Translations under genes and position numbers: made by a program
Shown: positions 1 through 11,820 of the stretch, in pieces
Position numbering within the stretch: the stretch's first letter is position 1
Layout of the letters: the number at the start of each line of letters is the position of its first letter
Assembly: GCF_963921235.1 (NCBI RefSeq)
Contig: NC_086109.1
Coordinates: 24,306,001 to 24,370,000 of the forward strand
DNA length: 64,000 bases
Direction: 5' to 3'
Source: Mobula hypostoma
Lineage: Eukaryota
The notes under the pieces: generated by a model
Database searches by the model: none
Seen by the model: only the letters and a program-made list of their open reading frames with translations
Told to the model about the DNA's origin: nothing

Positions 1-85
1 AGGCAACTGGAGCATCTGGGGGAAACCCACACGGTCATGGGAGGAACGTACAAACTCCTTACAGGCAGAGGCAGGGATTGAACTT
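1..85 (-). mobile_element. V-domain tRNA-derived SINE fragment (cut by window edge)
   Basis: GGAAACCCACACGGTCATGGGAGGAACGTACAAACTCCTTACAG is the reverse complement of the V-SINE core, followed by a B-box-like remnant; six more copies in the window. Confidence 0.75.
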
Positions 86-427
86 TTGCAGCGGTAGCCA
101 TGACTGAACCATATTCTTCAAAACCCACTGAGTTAATTAATATCTATCCGGACAGGAAATCTGCTGTCTTTATACAGAGTAACCAGCCGCTTTCTTCAGG
201 CCAACCAATTTGATTGTCTCTTGACTGCCCCCTCAGCCAAGGGCAATTACGTACATTGTTTATGGAATACATACTAGCCAGGTTTATGAGTTCCTCATTC
301 TGTCAATCAATAATCCAGGGAAAACTCCTTCCTAAGCATGGAATCACCTATGTGTATCCCCCCGCCTGATACTTATTGTCTTTAATGGAGCTATCTATCT
401 ATTTAGGTTGTCGTTTAAAGTTAATTT

Positions 428-573
428 GGATAGATATATGGACAGGAAGGGAATGGAGGGTTATGGACCGAGTGCAGGTCGGTGGGACTAGGTGAGAGTA
501 GGAGTTTGGCACAGACTAGAAGGGCCAAGATGGCCTGTTTCCATGCTGTAATTGTTATATGGTTATATGGTTA
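428..573 (+). mobile_element. CR1-type LINE 3' end
   Basis: TTGGATAGATATATGGACAGGAAGGGAATGGAGGGTTATGG (ORF2 C-terminus LDRYMD..G..GYG), GGGCC..ATGGCCTGTTTCC 3' UTR and (TATGGTTA)n tail. Confidence 0.75.
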
Positions 574-594
574 TTCATTCATTCATGTATTTGC

Positions 595-886
595 TTGCTT
601 ATTTATTTATTTAGAGATACAGTGTGGAACTGACCCTTTCAGCCCAACGAGCACACCACCTATCAACCAGCCTATTTTTAACCCTAGCCTAATCATAGGA
701 CAATTTACAATGACCAATTAGCCTGCCAACTGGTACGTCTTGGACTGTGGGAGGAAACAGGAGCTCCCGGAGGAAACCCACGCGCTCACGCGAAGAATGA
801 ACAAACTTGTTGCAGGCGGCACCATAATTGAACTGCGAGCTCTGACATCCAGAGCTGTAACAGCTTCGCGCTAACGGTGGTGCCCC
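595..886 (-). mobile_element. V-domain SINE, near full length
   Basis: TTTA tail, then CAATTTACAATGACCAATTAGCCT..GGACTGTGGGAGGAAAC..GAGGAAACCCACGCG core, then tRNA-like head; parallels copies at 30213 and 44290. Confidence 0.8.
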
Positions 887-2178
887 TACAGCTGAAGTTC
901 ATGTGCTGTTCACGGCTCGCGGCTGTTGTTGCTCAAAACTGGCTGGGAAAGTTGGCATAACGGCTATGATTCTTTCCCTGCTGCTATTCACAGGCTGCGT
1001 GAACAGAGTCTGGGTGTGCATGTTTCTGCAATCGCATCTAAACAGCTCACAAATCATTTCAGTCTCTGTTAATTGAACTGGTCCACAAATACTCCCTGCA
1101 TTGTTGACGTATGATCTTTAAGCTTTTAATAGAGAAATGACTGTTCCCTGATGGCTCTGCTGGTTTATAACCAAACCATATCGATCAAACATGTGTTTAA
1201 CTGCACTGTGACAGCCCTGCACTTCAAAGGCAGTTCATTGTGTGAAGAGCATTAAAATATCTGGCTACGATGAAGCGCTGTATAAACAGAAGTATAAATG
1301 TTGTTGTTAAAGGAGCAGCAGACCCAGGTTCCATTCCCACCAATGTAAGCCTCGATTCTCCAAGGCAGGGTGGAGCAAATGTGCTTAGGATCCCAAGGGT
1401 CGGAAGTAAAGGGAAGTAATGGCCAAGACTCTCCCAATGGAGTTCTGCCTTCTGTGCCCTGATTGAAATCGAGCATATGGGAATGTCAAGGGAGAGCAGT
1501 AACAGGATTGGCTGTGTGATACATCAAATTGCAACCATCAAGCACCCCCATCCCTCTTCCGTGGTGAGGTACCCTGTCACTACACATTAACCAATGCATT
1601 CTCATGGTGAAACAATAATGGTAACTGACACTCAGTGTCACACTTACCCACTGGGGATTAGCACCTTCGCAAGAACAGGCTAACTCAAGTGGTATTCAAA
1701 ATTATGAGGGGGGGATTCCAGACAGACTAAATAATAGTGAATTATTTCCTTGGCCAGAGGGTCAGTAACCAGAGAACACAGATTTAACGTAATTGATTGA
1801 CCCCTTTATTCTGATCAACTTAATTTTTCTGAGGAGCAAGTTCTTGTGTTTGGGGATGCGTTGCCCAGAGTACTCACAGAAGCGGACTCAAAAGGTAACC
1901 TTCAGCAGCAAATTCTTGGAAAAGGAAAAGGTCGGTTAATCGAGAAGGAAATAATAAGTAAATTCTTATAAATGGACTAAGTAGTCTGGTAAACTGTGCA
2001 GCTCTATCATTCTCGGAGAGCAAAAATGGATAGGAGTAAGAGAGAAAGAAGGAGAAAAAGAGCAAGAGGGAGAGAAAAAGGGAAAAGGAGTTAGAAAGGG
2101 TGACAGTGAGAGAGAGTTATAACACATTGGGATTATTTGATGATACACTTATTTAATGGCTCTTTTATCTCTTCTCAG

Positions 2179-2276
2179 CCTGGAAAACTTTCACTGTGCA
2201 ACGAACTCTGCAATTGGACAGGGCGGAAGAAAAACTTCTGTCTCTCTCGGCCTATACCAGTGCATTGTTAAAGTAA
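2179..2276 (+). CDS. Candidate isolated coding exon, gene unidentified
   Basis: Pyrimidine tract TCTTTTATCTCTTCTCAG ends at 2178. Frame from 2181 reads WKTFTVQRTLQLDRAEEKLLSLSAYTSALLK. It ends either at donor AA|GTAAGG (2272/2273) or at TAA 2274-2276. Non-repetitive context; partner exons not established. Confidence 0.3.
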
Positions 2277-2962
2277 GGAGGCACTGAATCTGGAAATTGG
2301 ATTTCGGTGTGCTAGAGGATCATTACATCACATTAAAAAGGATAACAATTGATCAAAAAGACATTTAAAACATGAGGGTGGTTTACACTCGGATTGAAGC
2401 AGAGTCTTCAACAGCACCAGGCTCAGTAGAAGAAACCACCAGCGCTTTGCTCTCTGGTGTTCATAGAAGAGCCTCAGCCTTTTAAAGGAACAGTCCACAT
2501 GCTGAATAGAATGGGAGGTTATTTCTATCTTTTAGATCACTAAGAGTAAGAGGGAAGAAGGAGGGTCAAGGGGTATGGGGTGGCATGGGGGAAGATAATG
2601 AGCAAAGTACATTGCCTTCGATGCTGAGGTCTCAAATGGAGAGGAAACGAGTTGAGAGGGGCATGTGCCAAATAGTGAAACAGTAGGTGCCAGCAGGTTG
2701 TATTGGCAGCACATGTAAAGTGCATCTGATGCAGGGTTTGCTGAAGAGATAGTCCACACATTTGCACAGTGCTAGGGACTCAGCATGAACTTCTTAAGGG
2801 TCACCAAGAATATTAAGGAGAATTCAATATCAAAGAGAACAGCCTTCCGTCAGCCAGGCTGTAACCACACATCAGGCTGTGGTGTAGCTCTAGGATGTTT
2901 AAACAATCTTCAAGGATGTCAAGTGAGAAATGCAGTAAGATATGCAACCACTTTGAAAGTTT

Positions 2963-3252
2963 TTATCATTACCCTCATTGAAATGTTCCCACAACCTATG
3001 GATTTACTTTCAAGGACTTATCATCTTGATATTTATTGCTTATTTATTTATTATTAGTATTTCCTTCTTTTCGTATTTGCACAGTTTGCTAGACTTTAGC
3101 ACAGTAGTTGAACATCAAGTTGGTACGGACTTTTATTGATTCTGTTATGGTTATTATTCTAGGGGCTTGAGTATGCCCACAAGAAAATGAATCTCACGGT
3201 TGTATGTGGTGAAATATATGTACTTTGATAATAAATTTACTTTGAACTTTGA
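2963..3252 (+). mobile_element. Rex1/Babar LINE 3' UTR remnant
   Basis: Matches the 3' part of the RT-bearing copy at about 37050-37336 (CCACAACCTATGGA..ACTTTCAAGGACT..GATAATAAATTTACTTTGAACTTTGA tail). Confidence 0.75.
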
Positions 3253-3667
3253 TGTTGCTTTGATTCTGCATGGTTCTCACAATACTAATATGAAATACAT
3301 TCTTATTTAGAGGAAATAATATAGTTTATTGTGTTAAGATAATTCAGGGTGGAGGAGCAGTTGCTGGTATTGTGTCATACCTCGTCAGGTTGTTAATGTC
3401 ATGAGTTTCCTGTAAATGTATTTGAGCAAAAACTTAATTGTGACTTGACCTCAAATGATTATTTTCCCTTAAATTCACTGCAGCATCCCACATAATTGCA
3501 AAATAATAGATTCCTGTCATAGTTTCCATGTTGTTCTGGCAATGATTACTTAAGATATCCATTACACAATTGAACGTTATCTTATGCTTCTTATTGCTTG
3601 TTTGGATCTCTTCTTACAACCATAGCCATCGTTGAGAAAGGAGAAAATAAATATTTTATTTCCGTTA

Positions 3668-3860
3668 TTTTTATTTAGAGATTTGCACAGTAGCAGACCC
3701 TTCTAGCCCAACCAGCCTGTGCTACCCAAAAGCAGATAAGTGACCAATAAATGTACTGACCTGTATTCCTTTGGAATGTACAAGGAAACTGAAGCTCCCA
3801 GAGAAAACCCACACAAAACCCACACAGGAGAACGTACGACCTCCTGAACTTTGTGAGATA
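3668..3860 (-). mobile_element. Degenerate V-domain SINE
   Basis: TTTATTTAGAGAT..CCCTTCTAGCCC..TGACCAAT..GGAAACTGAAGCTCCCAGAGAAAACCCACAC..GGAGAACGTAC. Confidence 0.6.
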
Positions 3861-4013
3861 CAATATCTGCCAATGTTCCCTTTCATAGAAGCGTCAGTTT
3901 ATGTGAATTTGAGAGCAGTAAGTAAGACTGTTTGCTTGTAGAAAAGTATGACAATACATTGATCATTTTCAGTTTTCTGGGCAGAGTGAAATGCAGTGCT
4001 TTTGGTGCTGGTT

Positions 4014-5669
4014 CAGTGCCCACAAAAAGTATTCACCGGCCCCCCCCCCCACCCCCGACCTTGGAAGTTTTCATGTTTTAATGTTTTACAACATTGAATC
4101 ACAGTGGATATAATATGTCTTTTTGGACACTGATCGACAGGAAAAGACTCTTTTGTATCAAAGTGAAAATAGATCTCAATAAAGTTAACTAAATTAATTA
4201 CAAATATAAAACACAAAATAATTGATTGTATTAGTATTCACCCCCTTTAATCTGACACACCAAATCATCACCTGTGCAGCCAATTGGTTTTAGAAGTCAC
4301 ATAATTAGATAAACGGAGATCTGTTTTTGGAGACCTGTGTGCAGTCAAGGGGTTTCAACTGATTATAGTAAAAATACACCTGTATCTGGAAGGTCCAACC
4401 GCTGGCGAGTCAGTATCCTGGCAAAAACAACACCGTGAAGACAAAAGAACAGTCCAAGAAACTCTGCTAAAAGGTTATTAAAAAGCACAGGTCAGGAGAT
4501 GGATACAAGGAAATTTCAAGTCACAGAATATCCCTTGGAGTAGAGTTAGGTCAATTATCAAGAAATGGAAAGAATATAGAACAGCTGTAAATTTGCCTAG
4601 AGCCGTCCTTTCTCAGAAATTGAGTGACCGTGTAATAAGGAGACTAGTGAGGGAGACCACCAAGAAACCTATGACAGCTCTGGTGGAGATACAAGCTTCA
4701 GTAGCTACGATGGGTGTGACTGCGCATACAACTGTTGCCCGGGTGCTTCACCAGTTGCAGCTTTATGGGAGAGTGGCAAATAGAAAGCCACTGTTGAAAA
4801 GAACTCACATGAAATCTTGGCTAGAGTTTGCCAGAAGATATGTAGGAGATTCTGAAGTCAGCTGGAAGAAGGTTCTATGGTCTGACGAAACCAAAATTGA
4901 GCTTTTTGGCCATGAGACCTAATGCTATATTTGGTGTAAGCCAAACACCACACATCATCAAAAACACAATATCCCAATTGTGAAACATGGTGGTGGCTGC
5001 ATCATGCTGTGGGGATGCTTCATTGTAGCAGGCCCTGGAAGGCTTGTGAAGGCAGAGGGTAAAAGGAATGCACCGAAATATAGAGAAATTCTGGAGGAAA
5101 ACCTGATGCAGTCTATAGGAGAACTGTGACTTGGGAGAAGATTTGTTTTCCAGCAAGACAATGACCCCAAGCATACAGCCGAAGCTACACAGGAATGGCT
5201 TAAAAACAAGTTAATGTCCTGCAGTGGCCAAGTCAGAGTCCAAACCTTAATCCAATTGAAAATTTGTGGCTGGACTTGATCATGGCTGTTCACTCATGAT
5301 CCCCATGCAATCTGACAGAGCTTGAGCAGTTTTGTAAAGAAGAATGGGGAAAAATTGCAGTGTCCAGACGTACAAAGCTGATAGAGACCTATCCACACAG
5401 ATTCAAGGCTGTAATTGCTGCCAAAGGTGCATCTACTAAACACTGACTTGAACGGAAAGAGTAATTATGCAATCAATTATTTTGTTTTATAGTTTTAATT
5501 AACTTAGATTGCTTTGTAGATATCTGTTTCCACGTAGACACGAAAGAATCTTTTTCTGTTGATCAGTGTCCAAAAAAAAAGCCAAATTAAAACCACTGTG
5601 ATACAATGTTGTAAAACAATAAAACATGAAAACTTCCAAGGGGGTGAGTACTTTTTTTTATAGGCACTG
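4014..5669 (+). mobile_element. Full-length defective Tc1/mariner DNA transposon (Passport-like, IR/DR type)
   Basis: About 230 bp terminal inverted repeats (4014-~4250 vs ~5447-5669) starting CAGTGCC..AAAAGTATTCACC, with the AGTATTCACC motif repeated at the inner end; internal transposase pseudogene. Flanks are TT/TG rather than an intact TA. Confidence 0.95.
4435..5445 (+). pseudogene. Tc1 DD34E transposase pseudogene
   Basis: Begins (V)KTKEQSK; ORF 4593-4922 contains LYGRVANRKPLLK and WKKVLWSDETKIELFG; downstream [42 protein letters not shown]. Several stops and frameshifts. Confidence 0.93.
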
Positions 5670-5914
5670 TGTTTTGTTGTATCTACCCCATTGTGTACCT
5701 TACAATATTTAATTTCACAAAATGCATTACCGTGAGCTGCTATGGTTACAACACTGATTTGCTGCTGTCAATACTGAGCAACAGTATAAAGAGATCAAGG
5801 CTTTGACCATTGTTTAAGCCTGCAGAATGGAGCTGCTGTGAGTGAAGTGTATTTTATGTGGTGGTTACATAAAATACACTTAAGCAAGGGACCACATAAG
5901 GTAATAAAATGACT

Positions 5915-6930
5915 TTGGTAAATTGGTTTATTACCGTCACATGTTCTGAGGTAAGTGAAAAACAAGTCTTGCATACCGATCATACAGCTCAAATCCTTCA
6001 AACCGTGCATTGCGATAAGACTAGTTAAAACAAGAACAGTGCAGAATAAAGTGTTACAATAAAAAAAGAGGTACAGGTCGACAATAAGGTGCAAAGTCAT
6101 AACAAGGTAGGTGAGGTCAAGTTATCGGGTCATACTGGGGACCATTCAATAGTCTTATAACAGTGGGATAGACGTAACCTTTGAGCCTGGTGGTACATGC
6201 TTTCAGGTTTTTGTGTCTTATGCCTCAGGGGAATGGGGAAAAGAGAGGATGTCCAGGGTGGGTGGGGACTTTGATTAAGTTGGCTACTTTAAGGAGGCAG
6301 TGAGAAGTGTAGACAGAGTGCATGGAGGGACGGCTGGGTTCTGTAATGAGCTGCATCCACAGCTCTCTGCAGTTTCTGGCAGTTGTGGGCAGACCAAGCC
6401 ATGATGCATCTGGATAGGATGCTTTCCACGGTGCATTGATAAAAGTTGGTGAGAGTCAAAGGGGACATGCCAAACTTCTTTAGCCTCTTGAGGAAGTAGA
6501 AGCGTTAGTGAGCTTTCTTGGCCATGGTGTCTCTGTGATTGGACCTAGACAGGTGGTGTTCACTGATAGGAACCAAAGGCTCTTAACCTCCACACTGTTG
6601 ATGTAAACACCACCTCCTTTCCTGAAGTCAATGACTGGCTCTTTTGTTTTGCTGACGCTGAGGGAAAGGCTGTTGTCATGACACCACATCACTAAGCTCT
6701 CTATCTCCTTCCTGTACTCTGATTCTTCATTATTTGAGATGCAGCCCACAAAGTAGGGGGCTGAGGACACGGCCTTGTGAGGCAATAGTGTTGAGAAAAG
6801 CCTTGGTGGAGGTGTTGCTGCCTGTCCTTACTGATTGTGGTCTGTAGGTCAGGAGGCAAGAATCCAGTTGCAAATGGAAGTGTTGAATCCCAGATCTTGG
6901 ATATGGAGATGAGTTGCATGGAAATATAGT
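5915..6930 (-). mobile_element. 5'-truncated Rex1/Babar LINE
   Basis: Minus-strand ORF remnants ISNNEESEYRKEIESLVMWCHDNSLSLSVSKTKEPVIDFRK (RT C-terminal part); 3' UTR toward 5915 resembles 26455 and 31840 copies. Confidence 0.88.
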
Positions 6931-6937
6931 GAATTAT

Positions 6938-8175
6938 AGGTAGGGCACTGAAAACCTGGGCCAACTAGCTGATAGGAGTGTTCAAAAACATCTTCAGTCT
7001 TCTGCTGCTGCAGTCGAAGGTTCCCAAATGCTTCAAAAGGGCGGCAATCATTCCAGTGCCCAAGAAGAGCACGGTGAGTAGCCGCAATGGCTATGGTCTA
7101 GTGGCACTCAAATCTACTGCAATGAAATGCTTTGAGAGGTTGGTCATGGCCAGAATCAACTCTGGTCTAAGCAAGGGTTTGGACCTGCTGCAATTTACCT
7201 TTTGCCATAATAGGTCTACAGCAGATCATCTGGACAATAGTAATACCAATGCAAGGCTGCTGTTTATTGATTACAACTCAGCGTTCAACACCTTCATACC
7301 ATCAGTAGTAATCAACAGGCTCTAAATCCTGTGTCTCTGTTCCTCTGTCTGCAAATGGATCCTTGACTTCCTCATCGGGAGACCACAGTCAGTGTGGATC
7401 AGAACTAACATCTCCTTCTTGCTGACAATCAGCAATTCAAAGATGCATGGTTAGTCCACTGCTCTCTCTCTCTACACCCGTAACTGTGCGGCTAGGCGTA
7501 GCTCAAATGGCATCTATAAATTGGCCGATGGCACAACTATTGTTGGAAAACTTGCAGATGGTGACGAGGATGTGTACAGGAGTGAGCTAGATCAGTGATG
7601 TCACAACAACAACCTTGCACTCAACATCATTAAGACCATGGAATTGATTGTGGACTTTAGAAAGTGGAAGTTGAGGGGACACACAGCAGTCCTCACTGAG
7701 GGATCAGAGGTGGAAATAGTGAATAGTTTCAAATTCCTGGGTGTTGCAATTACAAAGAAGGCACAATAGTGGCTACATTTCATTAGAAATTTGAGGAGAC
7801 TTGGCATGTCACCAAAGACTAGTGAATTTCTACAGGTGTACCATGAAGAGCATTCAAACTGGCTGCGTCATGGTCTGATATGGAGGGGCCACTGCACAGG
7901 ATCAGGAAAAGCAAAAAAAAGTTATAAAGACAGCCAGCTTCAACATGGGCACTACCTTCCCCTGCATTGAGGACGTCTTCAAAAGGTGATGCCTCAAAAA
8001 GACGGCATCCATCGGTAAGGACCCCCATTGCTCAGGACATGCCCTCGTCTCAGTACTAGGAGGAAATACTGGAGCCAGAAGACACACACTCAATATTTTA
8101 GGAACAGATTCTATATATATACATATACACACACACACACACACACAGGTATGTATGTATATGTGAGATATATAT

Positions 8176-8218
<43 letters not shown>

Positions 8219-8328
8219 GATATTTCTTATTGTAAATTATTGCTGTATTTCAGTATTATGTACTGATGCCACAAAGCAACAAATTTCATGACATATGCCG
8301 GTGATACTAAACCTGCTTCTGATTCTGA
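6938..8328 (+). mobile_element. 5'-truncated Rex1/Babar LINE with RT pseudogene
   Basis: ORF 6978-7325 VPKCFKRAAIIPVPKK..AMKCFERLV..LFIDYNSAFNT; later KLADGTT (YADD-like) and LALNIIKTMELIVDFRK; TA/CA microsatellite in 3' UTR; (GATTCT)n tail at about 8318-8328. Confidence 0.92.
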
Positions 8329-8484
8329 TATTATTGTGAGCCATACTGCAGTCAGGGGTTCTAGTGTGGAGACGGTAACATGGTTCGTACTGAGACAATG
8401 TTTTTCTAGTCCCGTTAACATAAGATGGGGAAGTGGACATTGCTCCGTCTCCTTCTGGCTCTTTATTAACAATTATGATCAAAT

Positions 8485-8832
8485 GTGATTAGATATGGCA
8501 AAGTTATTTCCCATGGTTAGGGAATCTAGGACAAGAGGGCATGTCTTCAGAATTGAAGGACGTCCTTTTAGAACAGAGATCCAGAGAAATTACCTTAGTC
8601 AGAGCGTGGTAAATCTGTGGAATCTGTTGCCACGAGCGACTGTGGAGGCAAGTCACTGGGTGTATTAAGACAGAGATAGATAGGTTCTTGATTAGCCAGG
8701 GTATCAAAGGATATGGGGAGAAGTCAGGGGAGTGGGGATGACTGGAAGAATTGGATCAATCCATGATTGAATGGCGGAGCAGACTCGATGGGCCGAATGG
8801 TATTTCTGCTCCTATATCTTATGGTCTTATGT
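8485..8832 (+). mobile_element. CR1 LINE 3' end
   Basis: LFPMVRESRTRGH..RVVNLWNLLP..EIDRFLISQGIKGYGEK in + frames; GATGGGCCGAATGG..TCCTATATCTTATGGTCTTATG tail. Confidence 0.88.
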
Positions 8833-8950
8833 GGTTTCATACCTTATCTTGTTAGTTGCAACCTACTGCAAGCCTTCTGGAACTTCCCATAAGACCATTG
8901 CTAGGCCTGGGTTTCCTGAGCTGCTGGAAAAACCAATAATATTTTAGGGG

Positions 8951-9149
8951 ACACATCCAAAAAGCAGGTGGAACTCAGCAGGTCAGGCAGCATCTATGGA
9001 AATGAATAAACAGACAATGTTTCAGACCGAGACCCTTCCACAATGGCAACTGTTTATTAATTTCTATAGATACTGCCTGACCTGCTGAGTTCCTCTAGCA
9101 TTTTGTGTGTGCTGCTTTGGATTTTTAGCACCTGCAGAACTTCTCATGT
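8951..9149. mobile_element. Fold-back pair of PLE termini with 14 bp TSD
   Basis: Arm 8971-9013 GAACTCAGCAGGTCAGGCAGCATCTATGGAAATGAATAAACAG is inverted at about 9050-9092; flanks TAATATTTTAGGGG (8937-8950) and TAATGTTTTAGGGG (9150-9163). Confidence 0.8.
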
Positions 9150-9767
9150 TAATGTTTTAGGGGGCTTCAAATAGTCTTTGAATGCTATAACTGCATGACA
9201 GAAGGACTACAGACAGTTTTGGGCAGAGTCATGATGCATTGAAGTGAAAAAAAATAGTATTGAGAAACTCATGGACCAGAAACACACCAAAAGCATAAGG
9301 AATGCACCACCTCACAAACTACCCAGTTACCTACCCCATCAGGCACTTCTTGACCCACCTATGGAAGAGTCTGTGGATCCCACACTGACCCCATTAGCCA
9401 CATCAGAACAAACAACACTGCAGTGGAAGAACCTCATTTTCAATGCCTGCGAAGAAGAAGAATGTTCCTGGTCTTTAAGAATGCATTAGGTGGTACGATT
9501 CCATTTTGTAAAGAGGATGCAAAATGCAAGTCAGTTTGTGACCACAGTATCAAATTTATAGACCACATCTCATCGAAAGCAATAGTACAGTATCATTTAG
9601 TACCACACTGCAGCCACTCTTGAGTTGGGAAGATTCACTCAATGAGCTAGTGATCCAAACAGGTGAGCTCTTCTTGGTGTGGCACTGGATCCAATGGAAC
9701 AGTAGGACATTATGTGGAATGCTCCTGAGACTATTACCTGGTGTGTTAATGAATTGTGTCATTACAC

Positions 9768-9925
9768 CATAAGATGTAGGAGCAGAATTAGGCCATTCAG
9801 CCCATCAAGTCTGCTCCACCATTCCATCATGGCTGATTTATTACCCCTCTCAACCCCAGTTTCACTTTTGACGCCCTTACTAATCAAGATCCTGTCAGCC
9901 TCTGCTTTATAGGTACCCAATGACT
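9768..9925 (-). mobile_element. CR1 LINE 3' tail
   Basis: CATAAGATGTAGGAGCAGAATTAGGCCATTCAGCCCATC..CCATTCCATCATGGCTGAT is the reverse complement of the tail type at 8740-8830 and 34170-34282. Confidence 0.8.
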
Positions 9926-10689
9926 TGGACACCCAGCTGTGGAGCCCTACCGGTTGGATTTATAGAGCACATTCAGAATTATCTGAGCTTGGGGTAAAGT
10001 TGAGCATGTTTTAAAGTTGATCTCAAAAGGGAAGAAATTGGCTACATTTTCAGATCCTGTTTCTACTCCTTTGACAGCTGTCAGGGTGGGTGTTGTATAT
10101 TTTTAAATGATTCAACTTGGCAACGATGACTTCCACAGTTCAGGAGCCTACCTGATGTAAAGTGGTCAGTGTAGGCCTTTCTACAGAATGCTGCCAAGCG
10201 TAACTCAGACTCTTTCTCAGAGACGGACAGAGTAAGTTAGGATCAACAGGATGGTTTTGCCTGCAGTTTGGTGGGAGAGGGAAGGGTGATGGAAGAAGGA
10301 CTCTGAATGAATGGATATTATGCCTTGAGGCTCTGCCTGAAACAGGCCTGGAAATGCTGGTGAGATCTAACTATTATAATAAATGTGGGACACCAGAAGG
10401 CTAACATCAAGGTGTGTACTAACAATACACTGATTTTATCTATGCACCTTATGATGTTGTTGAGTCCCACGCCCGAATGCCTTATTACATGTCCCGCGAA
10501 AATACCTCACAGGGCTGAACTATGCCCTAAGATGAGGCACAGGAAGGGCATTTTATTAACTTCAGCATAAAGAAGTACTGTAAATAGATCCATGTGTCTT
10601 GGCCTGACCAAAGTAGATAGCAATAGGTGATCCCATTTGGACTAAGCACCATTGAGAGACAAATATCTGACATTACACCATATGTATTA

Positions 10690-11195
10690 TACCCACTCTC
10701 GTTCTGACATGTCAATCCATGGCCTCCTCAAGTTCCAAGATGAGGCCATCCTCAGGGTGGAGGAGCAACACCTACTATTCCGTCTGAGTACCCTCCAACC
10801 TGTTGGCATGAATATCCATTTCTTCTTCCAGTGAATAAATTCCTCCCCTCTCCCCCTTCCTCTATTTCCCACTCTGACCTTTCACCTTTTCTCACCTGCC
10901 TGTTTCTTGCTCCTGGGTCCCCTCCTCTTCCCCTTTCTCCTATTGTCCACTCTCCTCTCCTATCAGATTCTTTCTTCTCTAGCCATTAACTTTTCCCATC
11001 CACCCGGCTTTATCTATCTCTTTCCAGCTAGCCACTTTCCACTCCCCCACCTTTTTATCTTCCCCCTTCCTTCTTGGTCTTGAAGAAGGGTCTCAGCCTG
11101 AAACATCGACTGTGTACTCTTTTCCATAGATGCTGCCTGACCTGCTGAGTTGCTCCAGCATTTTGTGTGTGTTGCTTGGGTTTCCAGTATCTTGT
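10690..11195 (+). mobile_element. PLE 3' fragment (GIY-YIG C-terminus plus terminal repeat)
   Basis: ORF 10652-10834 ends SDMSIHGLL..LRVEEQHLLFRLSTLQPVGMNI, typical of a PLE endonuclease end; pyrimidine-rich UTR; GAAGAAGGGTCTCAGCCTGAAACATCGAC and ATAGATGCTGCCTGACCTGCTGAG terminus. Confidence 0.82.
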
Positions 11196-11589
11196 GTTTG
11201 TGTTGTGATCACCTGATATTGTTTCATAATACAGCACAAGTATCGCCAGTCCTGTTTTAAAAACTGCCAGCCCACACAGACTTCAAATCTTTGTAAGCAG
11301 TTTTTACTTCACACTAATTGAAAATCTTTATCAAACAGAAAGCCTGGGGAAAACGAGGCTCCATTCTTCTTCATTAGTATACGTCCCACAGGAGGCTATG
11401 TGGTGCCACAAAGTAATTAGTCCCCTGCCTCACTGCAGTTGCTTTCTTATTCTCTAGTTACCCAGCAAGAGAAAGTCTGGAGCAACAAACAAGATGTGAG
11501 AGGGAACCCAACCGGTCAGGTAGCATCTGTGAGGAGAAATGGATAGTCAGCTGGATAGTCAGCTCTTCCTCTGGACACGGACAGGGCTT

Positions 11590-11820
11590 GGATTAGTGTC
11601 AGAGTGAGAATGAGAGAGAGAGAGAGAGAGAGAGCAAGGAGAAAGAGAAAAAAGGGAGAGAAATAGTGAAAGAAAGGAAAGAGAGAAAGGAGCAAGAGAG
11701 AAAGAGAAAGAAAAGAAAGAGATATAGTCAGAGAGAAAGATGGGAGGAATAAAAAGAGACAGAAAAAAAGCACAAGGAAATCAGAGTGTGAGAAACAGAA
11801 GGAGCTATAGAGAAACAGAG
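11590..11820. repeat. GA-rich low-complexity tract with (GA)n
   Basis: (GA)n near 11612-11633 followed by a degenerate purine tract. Confidence 0.85.

Noticed and set aside
10187..10231. 45 nt exon candidate (CTACAG|..GA|GTAAGT), phase-compatible with 2179-2272
   Set aside because: Short pyrimidine tract and uninformative peptide (MLPSVTQTLSQRRT); such site pairs arise by chance.
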